DNA from: Candidatus Methanomethylicia archaeon
GTDB lineage: Archaea > Thermoproteota > Methanomethylicia > Nezhaarchaeales > B40-G2
Assembly: GCA_029259155.1 (NCBI GenBank)
Contig: JAPDJI010000001.1
Span: 57,377 to 121,376, forward strand
DNA length: 64,000 bases
Direction: 5' to 3'
Shown here: positions 49,997-59,753 of the stretch, piece by piece
How the letters are laid out: every line of letters begins with the position of its first letter
Numbering within the stretch: position 1 is the first letter of the stretch
Notes under the pieces: model-generated
Told to the model about the DNA's origin: nothing
Databases searched by the model: none
What the model saw: the letters and a program-made list of their open reading frames with translations, nothing else
Translations under genes and position numbers: made by a program

Positions 49997-50522
49997 ACAC
50001 CTCGTCGAGATTTACGACCTCTGCTTTATATAGATCCTTCATCACCTCTATGCCTTTAACGTGTTTTTCATCGCTAAGGGCTTTTGTGCAGTCATCGACA
50101 ACTATCAGCTTGAATCCCCTATAGAAGGCATCAGCGGCGGTATGCTGTACGCAGATATCGGTTGCTACGCCTACGAGGATTAAGGTGTCCACGTTTAGTT
50201 CTCTTAGCAATAGTTCAAGGTCAGTAGAGTAAAAAGCGCTGTACCTACGCTTCTCTACGATGAAATCTCCTTTCTTGGGAGCTAGCTCCTCAACAACTTG
50301 AGCTCCCCAGCTACCCTTTAAAGCATGAGGTCCCCAGGCCTCAAGCTCCCTATCTACCTGAGGTAGATGGGAGTCACAAGCATAAATTACAGGGACGTGG
50401 TGGTTTCTGGCATGTTCAAGAAGTTTCCTTATTTTAGGTACGAGTTCCTCTGCTCCAGGGACTTTTAACGATCCTTTAATGAAGTCGTTGAGCATATCGA
50501 TTACCAATACTGCAGGCTTCAT
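49968..50522 (-). CDS. Isochorismatase/nicotinamidase-family cysteine hydrolase
   Basis: VIDMLNDF, EKRRYSAF and GVATDICV motifs. Confidence 0.9.
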   Translation of the reverse strand: MKPAVLVIDMLNDFIKGSLKVPGAEELVPKIRKLLEHARNHHVPVIYACDSHLPQVDRELEAWGPHALKGSWGAQVVEELAPKKGDFIVEKRRYSAFYSTDLELLLRELNVDTLILVGVATDICVQHTAADAFYRGFKLIVVDDCTKALSDEKHVKGIEVMKDLYKAEVVNLDEVFRKAFQKSP

Positions 50523-50526
50523 ACAC

Positions 50527-50961
50527 TCACCTTGGCTCTACATTGAATAATCTTAAAGCTAGGTTTTCAAGCTTCCTTACTTCAGTTTTTCTAAAACCTA
50601 TGTAGATTCCTCCGTATTTACCTCCAACCCAAGTCCTTGTTTTCTCCCCGGGTTTTAACACCTGGTTTAAGTGACTATTTTCCACCATTAAATTCTTAAC
50701 TCCTCGTTGAGGTGGATGGAAGCTTATCCTAAGCCCTCCTGTAACCCCTTGGATGGTTAGGAACTTACCTCCTTTAGGTGGAAGGAGGCCTGTCAGCTCT
50801 TCGTGTTCAATGTCTAGGTGGGTGACTCGTGCGAGCGAGTAACCTTTAACGTGGATGAAGACGTCGGCCTCTAGTTCCTTAAAACCGCCAGCCTCAAGCT
50901 CTAAGATTACTCTGGAAGCCAACCTAAGCTTGCCCTCAGCCTCGCCGGTCATGTTCCCCAA
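50527..50961 (-). CDS. Hypothetical protein
   Basis: 144-aa ORF; HVKGYSLARVTHLDIE and WVGGKYGGIYIGF look like conserved segments. Confidence 0.55.
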   Translation of the reverse strand: MGNMTGEAEGKLRLASRVILELEAGGFKELEADVFIHVKGYSLARVTHLDIEHEELTGLLPPKGGKFLTIQGVTGGLRISFHPPQRGVKNLMVENSHLNQVLKPGEKTRTWVGGKYGGIYIGFRKTEVRKLENLALRLFNVEPR

Positions 50962-50999
50962 AACTTAAAGCTCCTAAGCACTTTTAAGCCTGAGCTTAC

Positions 51000-52199
51000 A
51001 TGAGAGTCCTCATCTACACAGGTAAGGGAGGTACAGGCAAGTCGGCGTTATCCTGCGCTACAGCGGCCAAGGTCGCTGAAACGAGGCGTGACGTACTGGT
51101 CATGTCCTCCGACCCCGCCCATACCTTAATGGACCTCTTCGAGGCCGAGATAGGCCCTAAGCCGACGAAGGTAACCGACCATTTATGGGCTCTTCAAGTA
51201 GACCCCTTGAAGGAGGTGAAGGAAAAGTATGGGATAATTCAAGAATACGTCGCCATGGTGTTTAAGGCTAAGGGACTTGATGAAACTCTCGCCTATGAAG
51301 TAGCCTCCCTGCCTAATATGACCTCCTTCCTCTCTCTACTGAAGATAGTAGACATATTCGAGGAGGGAGGCTACGACGCTATTATTTTGGACACCGTGCC
51401 TTCAGGGGAGGCGTTAAAGAATCTTTACCTCCCAACCCTCATGGGATCAATGAGCAGGAAGCTCCTTAAACTAGCTGGGAGCCTAGTAGGGGCGGCCAAG
51501 GTTGTAGAGCCACTCGTTAAGATACCGGCTCCATCGAAACAGGTCATAGAAGCTGACCTTAAGCTACTGGATAGGCTAGAGAAGCTTAAAGAAATATTGA
51601 CCGACTCCAAGAAGACAAGCTTAAGGCTTGTAGCAAATCCCGATGCTTTCAGCATAGGTAACTTGAGGAGAACTTACATGACCGCAGGTCTCTACGGCAT
51701 TAACGCCGACCTGGCTGTGATAAACAAGGTACTTCCAGACGAAGTTTCAGACCCCTACTTTGAGGGATGGAGGAAGACGCAGGCCAAGTATCTCGCTGAG
51801 GCTGAAATCTCCTTCTATCCACTGCCTATAAGGAAGGTTAGATTATTTAAGGAAGAGTTGAAGGGGCTACGTCTGCTACGGAAATGTGCCGAGGAGCTCT
51901 TCGAGGATGATGAACCTCTCCGAGTATTCTATGAAGGTAGGCCTTTCAGCGTAGAGCAAGGTGAGGGATGGATGAAGTTCGTGATTAAGACCCCCTTCTT
52001 AGACAAGGAACGATGCGAGGTTGAGCGGCTGGGCGAGGAGATCATGGTGAAAGTGGATAGTGAAGTTGGGGAGGTGAGGTCTTTCATCCCCCTACCAGCT
52101 ATAACCTATAACATGAAGCTTAGCAGGGCTAAGCTTATTGGGGGTGAGCTCCATATCATATTCGAGGCTGAGGTGGATGAGCGAGGAAGAATTAGCTAA
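51000..52199 (+). CDS. ArsA/GET3-family ATPase with C-terminal HSP20-like domain (Get3d-like)
   Basis: GKGGTGKS, SSDPAH, DTVPSGE and VINK motifs; C-terminal beta-rich domain. Confidence 0.82.
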   Translation: MRVLIYTGKGGTGKSALSCATAAKVAETRRDVLVMSSDPAHTLMDLFEAEIGPKPTKVTDHLWALQVDPLKEVKEKYGIIQEYVAMVFKAKGLDETLAYEVASLPNMTSFLSLLKIVDIFEEGGYDAIILDTVPSGEALKNLYLPTLMGSMSRKLLKLAGSLVGAAKVVEPLVKIPAPSKQVIEADLKLLDRLEKLKEILTDSKKTSLRLVANPDAFSIGNLRRTYMTAGLYGINADLAVINKVLPDEVSDPYFEGWRKTQAKYLAEAEISFYPLPIRKVRLFKEELKGLRLLRKCAEELFEDDEPLRVFYEGRPFSVEQGEGWMKFVIKTPFLDKERCEVERLGEEIMVKVDSEVGEVRSFIPLPAITYNMKLSRAKLIGGELHIIFEAEVDERGRIS

Positions 52200-52416
52200 G
52201 CTATCGAAGCTCCCAGTTAGGCTAATGGACTCCATGGTTGTAAACCTATCTACTACAATAGTTGCTTGGGAGAGCTTCTTAGAGTCATGCCTAGAACTCT
52301 ACGTGCGCTTCTTGAAACTGATTGACTCCTTAATTGAAGCTCAAATTAAAGCCATAGAGGAGGTTAGGCCGTCGCTCAACACTGAGGTAAGAAGGGAGAA
52401 GGTGAAGGTGGAGTAA
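52177..52416 (+). CDS. Small helical protein coupled to the ArsA-like gene
   Basis: GAGGTGG RBS before ATG 52177; ends RREKVKVE. Confidence 0.6.
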   Translation: MSEEELAKLSKLPVRLMDSMVVNLSTTIVAWESFLESCLELYVRFLKLIDSLIEAQIKAIEEVRPSLNTEVRREKVKVE

Positions 52417-52442
52417 CGCTTAGGTGTTCCTAACGGTGTTGG

Positions 52443-52892
52443 ATGGAAACTTTAATTAGACTGCTTAGAAGAAGAAAATTGCAGTTACCGTGTCAAGTCC
52501 AGGGGTTTCTGCTCTTGGGCAAACCTTGCAGGCCTACTTGCCCCTTCTTTAGATGCGGCAATAAAGCCCTGATCTACAAGGGTACTAGACCAGTGAGACT
52601 TGGAAGGTTTGAGCGCGATAGGAGATCGATGAAACCCTCAACTCCGGTTGGCAGCTTCGCTGAGCCTCCGCTGGTGCTTTGCAGTTTAGATAATGAGCCT
52701 TGTCAAGGACCCAAGTGCAAATACGCTTTCTGCGAGAAACGTGCTTTACTACCTGACGGCTCCTGCGGCTTAGAGGAGCGTTTAGCGCCTAAACCTACGG
52801 TAAGCATAGAGGAAGAGGCAGCTAAGATGGAACGTGCGTTCCAACAGATCAGGGGGAGGCTGAAGAGGAGGGGACTCCTCGAAGAGCTTTAA
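52443..52892 (+). CDS. Cys-rich hypothetical protein
   Basis: CRPTCPFFRC...C...CQGPKCKYAFC...LLPDGSC. Confidence 0.6.
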   Translation: METLIRLLRRRKLQLPCQVQGFLLLGKPCRPTCPFFRCGNKALIYKGTRPVRLGRFERDRRSMKPSTPVGSFAEPPLVLCSLDNEPCQGPKCKYAFCEKRALLPDGSCGLEERLAPKPTVSIEEEAAKMERAFQQIRGRLKRRGLLEEL

Positions 52893-52924
52893 ACCTTATT
52901 TATCTTTTATTTGATGGAGAGAGC

Positions 52925-53611
52925 TTGCTACGCCAAGCGGTTTTGCTATGTGGCGGTAAGGGAGTTAGGCTTCGCCCCTTAACGGATACAGTCCCTAAGG
53001 TAATGGTCAGGATCGCCGGCAAACCTGTGGTAGAGTACTTGGTTGAGAAGCTAGAGGCACTGGGGGTTGAGGATATTGCTTTGGTTGTGTCATATAAGAA
53101 AGAGGTGATTGTTGATTACTTTAAAGATCGAGTTAAGTACTGTGAACAAGCCCATCCTATGGGTACAGCCGACGCGCTCTATGCTGCTAAGGGCTTTGTG
53201 AAGTATGATAAGTTCGCGGTCATGAACGGCGACCTCTTCTTCACCGATGATTTAAGGTGGATGCACAACGAGGATCCAGTAGTATTATCGGTCTATAGGG
53301 TAGAAGACGCTTCTCAGTATGGGATCGTTGAGGTTGAGGGCGAGGTAGTGAAGGATATTAAAGAAAAAGCTGGGAAAGGCCCCGGTTTAATTAATGCTGG
53401 GGTTTACCTCTTCAGTAAAGACATCTTTGATGCCCTAGAACATGTGAAGCTTAGTGAGCGTGGAGAGTATGAATTAACCGATGCGGTAAAGGAGTTGTTA
53501 AGGAGAGGGGTTAAGGTTAAGGTTAAGGAGCTTAAAGGGTATTGGAGGGATATAGGTAGGCTTTCTGACCTTGAAATGGTGGAAGGCTACTTAAACCTGA
53601 GCAAAAACTAA
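52925..53611 (+). CDS. Sugar-phosphate nucleotidyltransferase
   Basis: GGKGVRLRPLT..PK, GTADA, NGD, SERGEYELTD and WRDIG motifs. Confidence 0.88.
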   Translation: MLRQAVLLCGGKGVRLRPLTDTVPKVMVRIAGKPVVEYLVEKLEALGVEDIALVVSYKKEVIVDYFKDRVKYCEQAHPMGTADALYAAKGFVKYDKFAVMNGDLFFTDDLRWMHNEDPVVLSVYRVEDASQYGIVEVEGEVVKDIKEKAGKGPGLINAGVYLFSKDIFDALEHVKLSERGEYELTDAVKELLRRGVKVKVKELKGYWRDIGRLSDLEMVEGYLNLSKN

Positions 53612-53651
53612 AAGGGATCCATTCTAACGCTGCTTAAACGGTGTCTGAGCC

Positions 53652-55514
53652 ATGAAGCTGCTCCTGATACACGCTGATCACCTTGATTACAAGGTCACTG
53701 GAGAAGCTATGAAGAACCCTGAACCTATACCTAAGGGGGAGGGGGAGGCTAGTTTCAATGAATGCCTTGTAGTTTTCTGCGCGGTGGAAACGGTCGATGA
53801 GACAAATCCTTCCGCGTCGGTTGAGACAGGAATTAACGTGGTGGAGGATGTAGCTAAAAGGCTAGGGGTTTCACTAGTCGTGCTCTACCCTTATGCTCAC
53901 TTATCGAGCAACTTGGCTAAACCTACAGTAGCTTTAGAGATCTTGAGGTGCATGGAAGATGAACTTGGTAGGAAAGGCTTTAAGGTACATAGAGCTCCCT
54001 TTGGTTGGTACAAGGCTTTCACCCTTAGCTGTAAGGGCCATCCACTCAGCGAACTTTCAAGGTCTGTAGAGCCTGTAGCGCCCAGGGACCTAAAAGAAGT
54101 GGTAGAAGTTAAGCCAAGTAGGTTTATTATCTTGGATCCCTCCGGTAAGGAGTTCACCTTAGATCCTTCAAGGCTAGGAGAGCTTAAGATACTAGATGAG
54201 CATCCTCTACTTAAACAGCTGATAATGAATGAGCTCGGGTTGAAGGAAGGAAGTCGAGGGCCTCCTCCTCACGTTAAGCTCATGGTAAAGCTAGGCTTAG
54301 TGGATTATGAACCCTCATCTGACGTGGGGCATTTCAGGTTTTACCCTAAAGGTGCTTTACTTAAGGAGCTTCTAGAGGCTTTTGCTGATGACTTGGCAGT
54401 TAGCAGGTTGAAGGCGGTGAAGGTGGAAACCCCGATGATGTATAGGCTGAGTCAACGCGCCATAGCTGAGCAAGCCTCGAAGTTCAGGGAGAGGGATTAT
54501 AGGTTTAAGGTGGGAGGAGAAGAGTTTACGCTTAGGTTTGCAGGCGATTTTGGACTCTTTAGCATGATGAAGGATATATCCTTAAGCTACCGTCATCTTC
54601 CCTTGAGGGTCTATGAACTATCTCAATCGTTTAGGTTAGAGCAGCGAGGTGAGTGTGTTGGGCTTAAAAGGCTCCGCTCCTTCACCATGCCGGATATACA
54701 TTGTTTCTGCCGAGACTTAGCTCAGGGAATGGAGGAGTACCAGCTCCTCTTCCAGCTTTACACTGAGCTAGCTAAGAGCATGGAGGTAGACTTTACCGTA
54801 GCCTTCAGGGCAGCGGAAGATTTCTATAATATACATAAGGACTGGTTTGTTGAGCTCCTTAAAATAGTGGGACAACCAGCCCTCATAGAGCTCCTACCTG
54901 AACGTAAACACTACTGGGTGGTTAAACACGAATACCAGTTCATAGACTCCGTGGGGGGTAACGCTCAGCTATGTACCGTACAGCTAGATATTGAGGACTC
55001 TGAGCGCTATGGTATATATTACGTCGATGAGAAAGGAGAAAAGAAGGGATGCATCATTGTACACAGCTCTATGGGTAGCATAGAGCGATGGATCTATGCT
55101 CTTCTCGAGGAGGCGGTGAGGAAAATGAGGGAAGGCAAACCTCCTATGCTGCCGGTGTGGCTAAGTCCTACCCAAGTTAGGGTCATACCAGTATCTAAGG
55201 AGTATCTTGATCAAGCGCTGAAAGTAGCTGATAAACTTGAATCTGCTAGCTTGAGGGTGGATGTTGACGATAGGGAGGAGAGTGTGGCCAAGAAGGTTAG
55301 AGATGCTGAAACTGAATGGATCCCTTACGTGGTGGTGATAGGTTCAAAGGAAGCTGAGAGCGGGACGTTGACTGTTAGAGTTAGGAGAGATAAGAGCATC
55401 AAGACAATGAAGGCAGAGGAGCTCATAGATGAAGTCACGAAACTAATTGAGGGTAAACCGAAGCTTCCGCTCTATGAACCAAGATTGCTATCGCTTAGGC
55501 CTAAATTCAGTTAG
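53652..55514 (+). CDS. thrS: Threonyl-tRNA synthetase (archaeal type)
   Basis: YPYAHLS, APFGWYK...CKGHPLSELSR, FRLEQRGE and GSIER motifs. Confidence 0.95.
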   Translation: MKLLLIHADHLDYKVTGEAMKNPEPIPKGEGEASFNECLVVFCAVETVDETNPSASVETGINVVEDVAKRLGVSLVVLYPYAHLSSNLAKPTVALEILRCMEDELGRKGFKVHRAPFGWYKAFTLSCKGHPLSELSRSVEPVAPRDLKEVVEVKPSRFIILDPSGKEFTLDPSRLGELKILDEHPLLKQLIMNELGLKEGSRGPPPHVKLMVKLGLVDYEPSSDVGHFRFYPKGALLKELLEAFADDLAVSRLKAVKVETPMMYRLSQRAIAEQASKFRERDYRFKVGGEEFTLRFAGDFGLFSMMKDISLSYRHLPLRVYELSQSFRLEQRGECVGLKRLRSFTMPDIHCFCRDLAQGMEEYQLLFQLYTELAKSMEVDFTVAFRAAEDFYNIHKDWFVELLKIVGQPALIELLPERKHYWVVKHEYQFIDSVGGNAQLCTVQLDIEDSERYGIYYVDEKGEKKGCIIVHSSMGSIERWIYALLEEAVRKMREGKPPMLPVWLSPTQVRVIPVSKEYLDQALKVADKLESASLRVDVDDREESVAKKVRDAETEWIPYVVVIGSKEAESGTLTVRVRRDKSIKTMKAEELIDEVTKLIEGKPKLPLYEPRLLSLRPKFS

Positions 55515-55582
55515 TAGAGGCAAGGCTTCACGAGTTCCTCGCTTACTATCCTAACTTGTTCTATGTCAATATAAAAAGGAGG

Positions 55583-56140
55583 TTATGGCTTTAACACTTC
55601 ATCTATAACTGTGGTGAACCAGTCTAGGCCATAGTGGAAGAGTGGCTTAGCCGCCTTAGGGTTAAAGAGCTTATTTTTAAATACCTCCTCATCAGCGTAG
55701 GCAGCCACCACCTCTCCAATAAACAAGGTGTGATCCCCTGTCTCGACCTGCTTCGCTACCCTACATTCTAAGTGGGCCACGCACTCCTCTATGATGGGAG
55801 GCTTCACTACCTTAGCTTTCCCCGGCGTTAAGCCCGTTACCTTAAACTTGTCTAGATCTCTTCCACTTTTGGAACCTATCTGAAACGCTTGTTTAATTAG
55901 CTCAACAGTAGGGATGTTTATCACGAACTCACCAGTCTCCTCGATCAGGCTATGAGAATAACGCTGTGGAGCGACGCTTATTACAGCCATGGGTGGATTA
56001 AAGGAAGTGGGCATAGACCAGGATAACGTTATTGCATTAACCTTCCTCTCCCTGCCGCTACAAGTTACTATCACTACGTGGCGTGGGTGAAGGAGCCTTG
56101 TGGCAAAGGACAAGGCATCTACTTTCATATACTTCGCCAA
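55583..56140 (-). CDS. Flavin reductase-like (flavoredoxin) protein
   Basis: GEFVINIP, GSKSGR..DKF and LECRV...GDHTLFIGEV motifs. Confidence 0.88.
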   Translation of the reverse strand: MAKYMKVDALSFATRLLHPRHVVIVTCSGRERKVNAITLSWSMPTSFNPPMAVISVAPQRYSHSLIEETGEFVINIPTVELIKQAFQIGSKSGRDLDKFKVTGLTPGKAKVVKPPIIEECVAHLECRVAKQVETGDHTLFIGEVVAAYADEEVFKNKLFNPKAAKPLFHYGLDWFTTVIDEVLKP

Positions 56141-56259
56141 CCTTTGGTTTACACACTACTCTCTTATATCTCTCGGAGTTGATCGAGTGCCTGGATGATT
56201 CACTTAGCTGTCTGTCGTCAACGATCGCTTTTCTTCGACGACGTTTTAATAAACATGCC

Positions 56260-56487
56260 TTATGAAGAGATCAAGGTCATGGTTTTTACCACACCATTGA
56301 TATTTCTTATAGCTGTAACCACGTTGTCTAATTGAGCAATATTGTCTACTTCTACGCGAGCTAATGCATCGTATTCGCCAAAAAGCAGCCTAGCCTCAAC
56401 CACTCCTGGAAGTTTCAGTAACTCGTCTACAATAGATCTCTCCTTCGCCAGCTCGGTCACTATGAGTATAAACGCCACTACACCCAT
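56260..56487 (-). CDS. Lrp/AsnC ligand-binding-domain-only protein
   Basis: LFGEYDALARV...IRNINGVVKTMT. Confidence 0.85.
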   Translation of the reverse strand: MGVVAFILIVTELAKERSIVDELLKLPGVVEARLLFGEYDALARVEVDNIAQLDNVVTAIRNINGVVKTMTLISS

Positions 56488-56494
56488 GCATCCC

Positions 56495-56902
56495 CTACCT
56501 CATTGGTGATAGTAGCTTTATGGGACCATACTCTTCAAGCTCTTTACATATAATGTTTATAGGCTCTTCGTCCTTGCTATTGAACCCCACGATAGCGCAT
56601 CCATCGCTATGCACCCTAACGTAATGATCAAGGTCGAACCTAACGGTGAACTCACCTGCCCCTATAATTACCTTAAAAGGAGTCTTCGCGGCTACTAACT
56701 TCTCAACCAACTTCCACAGTAAGGCCTTATGCTCCTTCTTTAGGGAACGTCTTCCAGCGTATTTCTTGAGGTCCTTTACCTTCAATTTGATCTTAGAGAA
56801 ACCCTTAACCTCCTCAACTTTAACCTCGTCACCTTCAAAGTGTACCTCGAATCCTCTGCCACCATCGAGGAAGCTTTTTACGAGTCCTTTCCAGTCGCTC
56901 AA
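56495..56902 (-). CDS. Hypothetical protein
   Basis: 135-aa ORF with GGTG RBS, co-oriented with the Lrp-domain gene. Confidence 0.55.
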   Translation of the reverse strand: MSDWKGLVKSFLDGGRGFEVHFEGDEVKVEEVKGFSKIKLKVKDLKKYAGRRSLKKEHKALLWKLVEKLVAAKTPFKVIIGAGEFTVRFDLDHYVRVHSDGCAIVGFNSKDEEPINIICKELEEYGPIKLLSPMR

Positions 56903-57101
56903 AGTTTTACACCGATTAAGGAGTTATAACTATCGCCTTATAAAACTCAGGTCCTTAACTGAAACAGAAGCGTCATGGATACACGCTGAGCAAGAAGGAG
57001 CTTGAGAAAAGCCTTGTTAAAAGGTAAGATTTAAAAATGTGGGAAAGAATATTCTCTGACTATTACCCCCCTCATCCCCCTACACATATGAATTTATAAC
57101 C

Positions 57102-57170
57102 TTATGGAAGCCAAAGCCTTACAGGGGTAACAGTCAGACTAGCCCTTAACTCCTTTATCCTGCTGCTCAT
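57102..57170 (-). CDS. Candidate 22-aa peptide MSSRIKELRASLTVTPVRLWLP (ComX-like precursor?)
   Basis: ATG preceded by GGGGGAGG; TTTATA box at 57191-57196 on the minus strand; divergent from the MFS-like gene. Confidence 0.55.
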   Translation of the reverse strand: MSSRIKELRASLTVTPVRLWLP

Positions 57171-57310
57171 TTTCCTCCCCCATTACCTACTATAAACTTC
57201 TCATACAAAAACTTGTCGATTTGTAAAACATAGATACAAAAATGAAAAGAAATTTTTATGATCCTCTGGAACCATGTCTACTGTATCAAGGATGTAACAG
57301 GCGTTAGGGA

Positions 57311-58465
57311 TTGCTTGGACGTAACGGAGCCAAACTTTGGGGCGCTCCTCTTACATGGTATGTTTATGGAGCGTTAGAGGTCTCCTGGGCTTACTCGCTT
57401 ATACATTATATCCGTATTCACACATTAATTTTTGAAGACTCCATGTATACTACTTCTTTGATTGGAGTTTTTACCTGTCTATTCATGATTCTCGGGTCTA
57501 AAATGAAGAACCGCCAGTTGAGAATTGCATGGGATTGGCTAGGCCTCCTAGTACCTCTAACTCTCCTCCTTAAAGATGTTAGCCAAGGGGGCCTACTCAT
57601 ATTCATCCTTTACCTGCTTTTCTTCTCTTTCTGCTTGGGCTTGGGGCTACCTTCAGTTTTATCTGAAGTTATGCAAGCAACGAATTTTGAAAATAGAGGG
57701 AAGGTTTCAGGGCTGCTATGTGTGTTCGCTTTCTCGTCCGTCTTCGCTTTCATGTTGCTAGGTTCTCTCCTACTGGTGGCTTTGATGAAGGCTCTTGCCC
57801 TCGCCACATATCTCTTTAAGGTGAAGTTTGAACAGCTCGTAAAAGTCGATGGTTATCTTAAAGCAGGTCGAAGAGTTACATTATCCTTATTTCTTCTTTG
57901 GCTCCTCTTCTTGCTTATTGATAGCATAGCGTCCATGAACTTAACAGTGTTATTGAATGAGATAGACGTTTTAATCTTACGCTTATTTGTTATTCTTATT
58001 GGCTTACCAGCTCTTCTTGTCTCTGGCTTTCTTTTTGACCTATATGGTAGGAGGCTCTTTATTCTCACGGCTTTCCTCCTCCTAGGCGTTGAGTATGCTT
58101 TAATTAGCCTTGAGCCTTCTTTCATCATATTGTACCCGGTTTTAGATGGGGTATCTTGGGGTTTCCTCACAGTTTTCTTCACGTTAGTCGTATGGTCAGA
58201 TATTTCCCCGCCTGAAGAACGGGAGCTGTATTATGTGCTAGGTCTATCTCCACCATTTCTGGCAAATGCTTTCTCCGAATTATATAGGGTAATAGGGCCT
58301 CGCATTGAATTTTGGCAACTTTTTCCGCTTGTAAGTTTGTTCCTTTTCATGGCTGCTTTAGCTATGTTCTTTATCCCTGAAACCATGCCTGAGGCGGTGT
58401 TGGAGCGTAAACGCATGGAACGTTACATCAAGTCTGCTAAGAGGTTTAAGGAGAGGCGCGTGTAG
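57311..58465 (+). CDS. MFS-fold membrane protein
   Basis: About 11-12 TMs; FENRGKVSG, GFLFDLYGRR (motif A-like) and IPET followed by a charged helical tail. Confidence 0.72.
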   Translation: MLGRNGAKLWGAPLTWYVYGALEVSWAYSLIHYIRIHTLIFEDSMYTTSLIGVFTCLFMILGSKMKNRQLRIAWDWLGLLVPLTLLLKDVSQGGLLIFILYLLFFSFCLGLGLPSVLSEVMQATNFENRGKVSGLLCVFAFSSVFAFMLLGSLLLVALMKALALATYLFKVKFEQLVKVDGYLKAGRRVTLSLFLLWLLFLLIDSIASMNLTVLLNEIDVLILRLFVILIGLPALLVSGFLFDLYGRRLFILTAFLLLGVEYALISLEPSFIILYPVLDGVSWGFLTVFFTLVVWSDISPPEERELYYVLGLSPPFLANAFSELYRVIGPRIEFWQLFPLVSLFLFMAALAMFFIPETMPEAVLERKRMERYIKSAKRFKERRV

Positions 58466-58472
58466 ATAGGGC

Positions 58473-59240
58473 TTATGCCAGTTCAATTCGTTGAACTATA
58501 GACTCTAACTCCTTAGTGAAGGGATGTTCAAGGTTCTCGAGCACATAAATGAGTTTTCTAGACTGTGTAGCTACGTCGCATGAGCAAGGGATTACGCCTA
58601 TCACCTCTTCATTTAAGGTCTCTTTCATTTTCTTAATCATCTCTGCTTTATCTTCCTCGCTCGTGACCCCGATGACTTTATTCACGACTATGGCTACTTT
58701 ACGTTCGAGGAGGCGGTAGAGTTCGGAGAGCATTCTTCTTGTTCCCTCAACGTCAGAATCGTCGGCTGTGAGGACCACTACAGCTACATCGGCCGCAACT
58801 AAGGCATTAATAGATGAGTATAGGTAGCCTGGGCTGGTGTCTATAATACAGCGTTCATAACCTAGCTGGCCTAGCTTCCTTATGAAATCGAGGAGTCTAC
58901 CTAATGCTTCACGCTCCCAGCTTGTAGATTTAGCCATCATTTCCCTTATAGCTTCAGGTGATGGATTTGCGAAGGCTACGTTAAACTTCATTTTCAATTT
59001 TAGCTGCTCTGTTAGGTCTATGAGCGCTTCTTCGGCTTTACACCTACCATCAAGATAGTCGTTAAACCATCGCTTTACGTTTGAGGGGGTGAAGGCTACA
59101 TATAAGGTAGGGGCTCTGAAATCCATGTCTACAAGGCATGTAGGTAGTCCCTTAGTCGCGTAGAGCACTGCTAGGTTTGTCGCTATGAGGCTTTTACCTG
59201 TACCTCCTTTAAATGAATGAACGGTTATCACCTTAACCAA
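58473..59240 (-). CDS. MinD/ParA-family ATPase
   Basis: SFKGGTGKS, VDMD, IIDTSPG and VVNK motifs. Confidence 0.88.
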   Translation of the reverse strand: MVKVITVHSFKGGTGKSLIATNLAVLYATKGLPTCLVDMDFRAPTLYVAFTPSNVKRWFNDYLDGRCKAEEALIDLTEQLKLKMKFNVAFANPSPEAIREMMAKSTSWEREALGRLLDFIRKLGQLGYERCIIDTSPGYLYSSINALVAADVAVVVLTADDSDVEGTRRMLSELYRLLERKVAIVVNKVIGVTSEEDKAEMIKKMKETLNEEVIGVIPCSCDVATQSRKLIYVLENLEHPFTKELESIVQRIELA

Positions 59241-59251
59241 TTAACATCACC

Positions 59252-59617
59252 TCAAGGCTTAACTGTAAACACAACCTTCTTCCCCACCCGCTTCTTCTTT
59301 ATGTATCCCATTCTCACGAGCTGGTTTAGGTAGCCACTTTCAACAGCTCTTTCCCTACCTGTTATCTCAGCTACGTCGTCGGCCGTGCCTTCACCAAGCC
59401 TGTCCAGGGCTATAGCGGTTTTACGTAGATGATCAGGGAGTTTAAGGAGTGATAAGACGTCGAGGGCCCGAGGAGTAACCTCTTCAACCTCCTTCCTGAA
59501 CCTCTCCATCATTTTTCGTTGTTCTTCTGTTATCTCCATAAGCTTAACGTAAATCCTATCTAACCTATCAACCAGAGCCTCTAGCACTTCTATGACTCTC
59601 TTGGAGTCTTCACTCAT
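59252..59617 (-). CDS. Coiled-coil plus winged-HTH transcriptional regulator
   Basis: LPDHLRKT...TADDVAEITGRERAVESGYLNQLVRMGY..K.R.GK. Confidence 0.75.
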   Translation of the reverse strand: MSEDSKRVIEVLEALVDRLDRIYVKLMEITEEQRKMMERFRKEVEEVTPRALDVLSLLKLPDHLRKTAIALDRLGEGTADDVAEITGRERAVESGYLNQLVRMGYIKKKRVGKKVVFTVKP

Positions 59618-59753
59618 CCTTTTTCGCCTTTCTTACTGAGTTACCTGCCTACGGTCTTTTTCCAGGACTTATAGGTCTTATTATTATTTACGCTACTCTA
59701 AGTAAAGTTAAATCGCCCCTCTCAGCTATAACGGCCTTAGTGGTGCCCTCCAG

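Noticed and set aside
56170-56230. Possible C/D-box sRNA on the minus strand (TGACGA...CCGA)
   Set aside because: Boxes are degenerate and no guide target can be verified here
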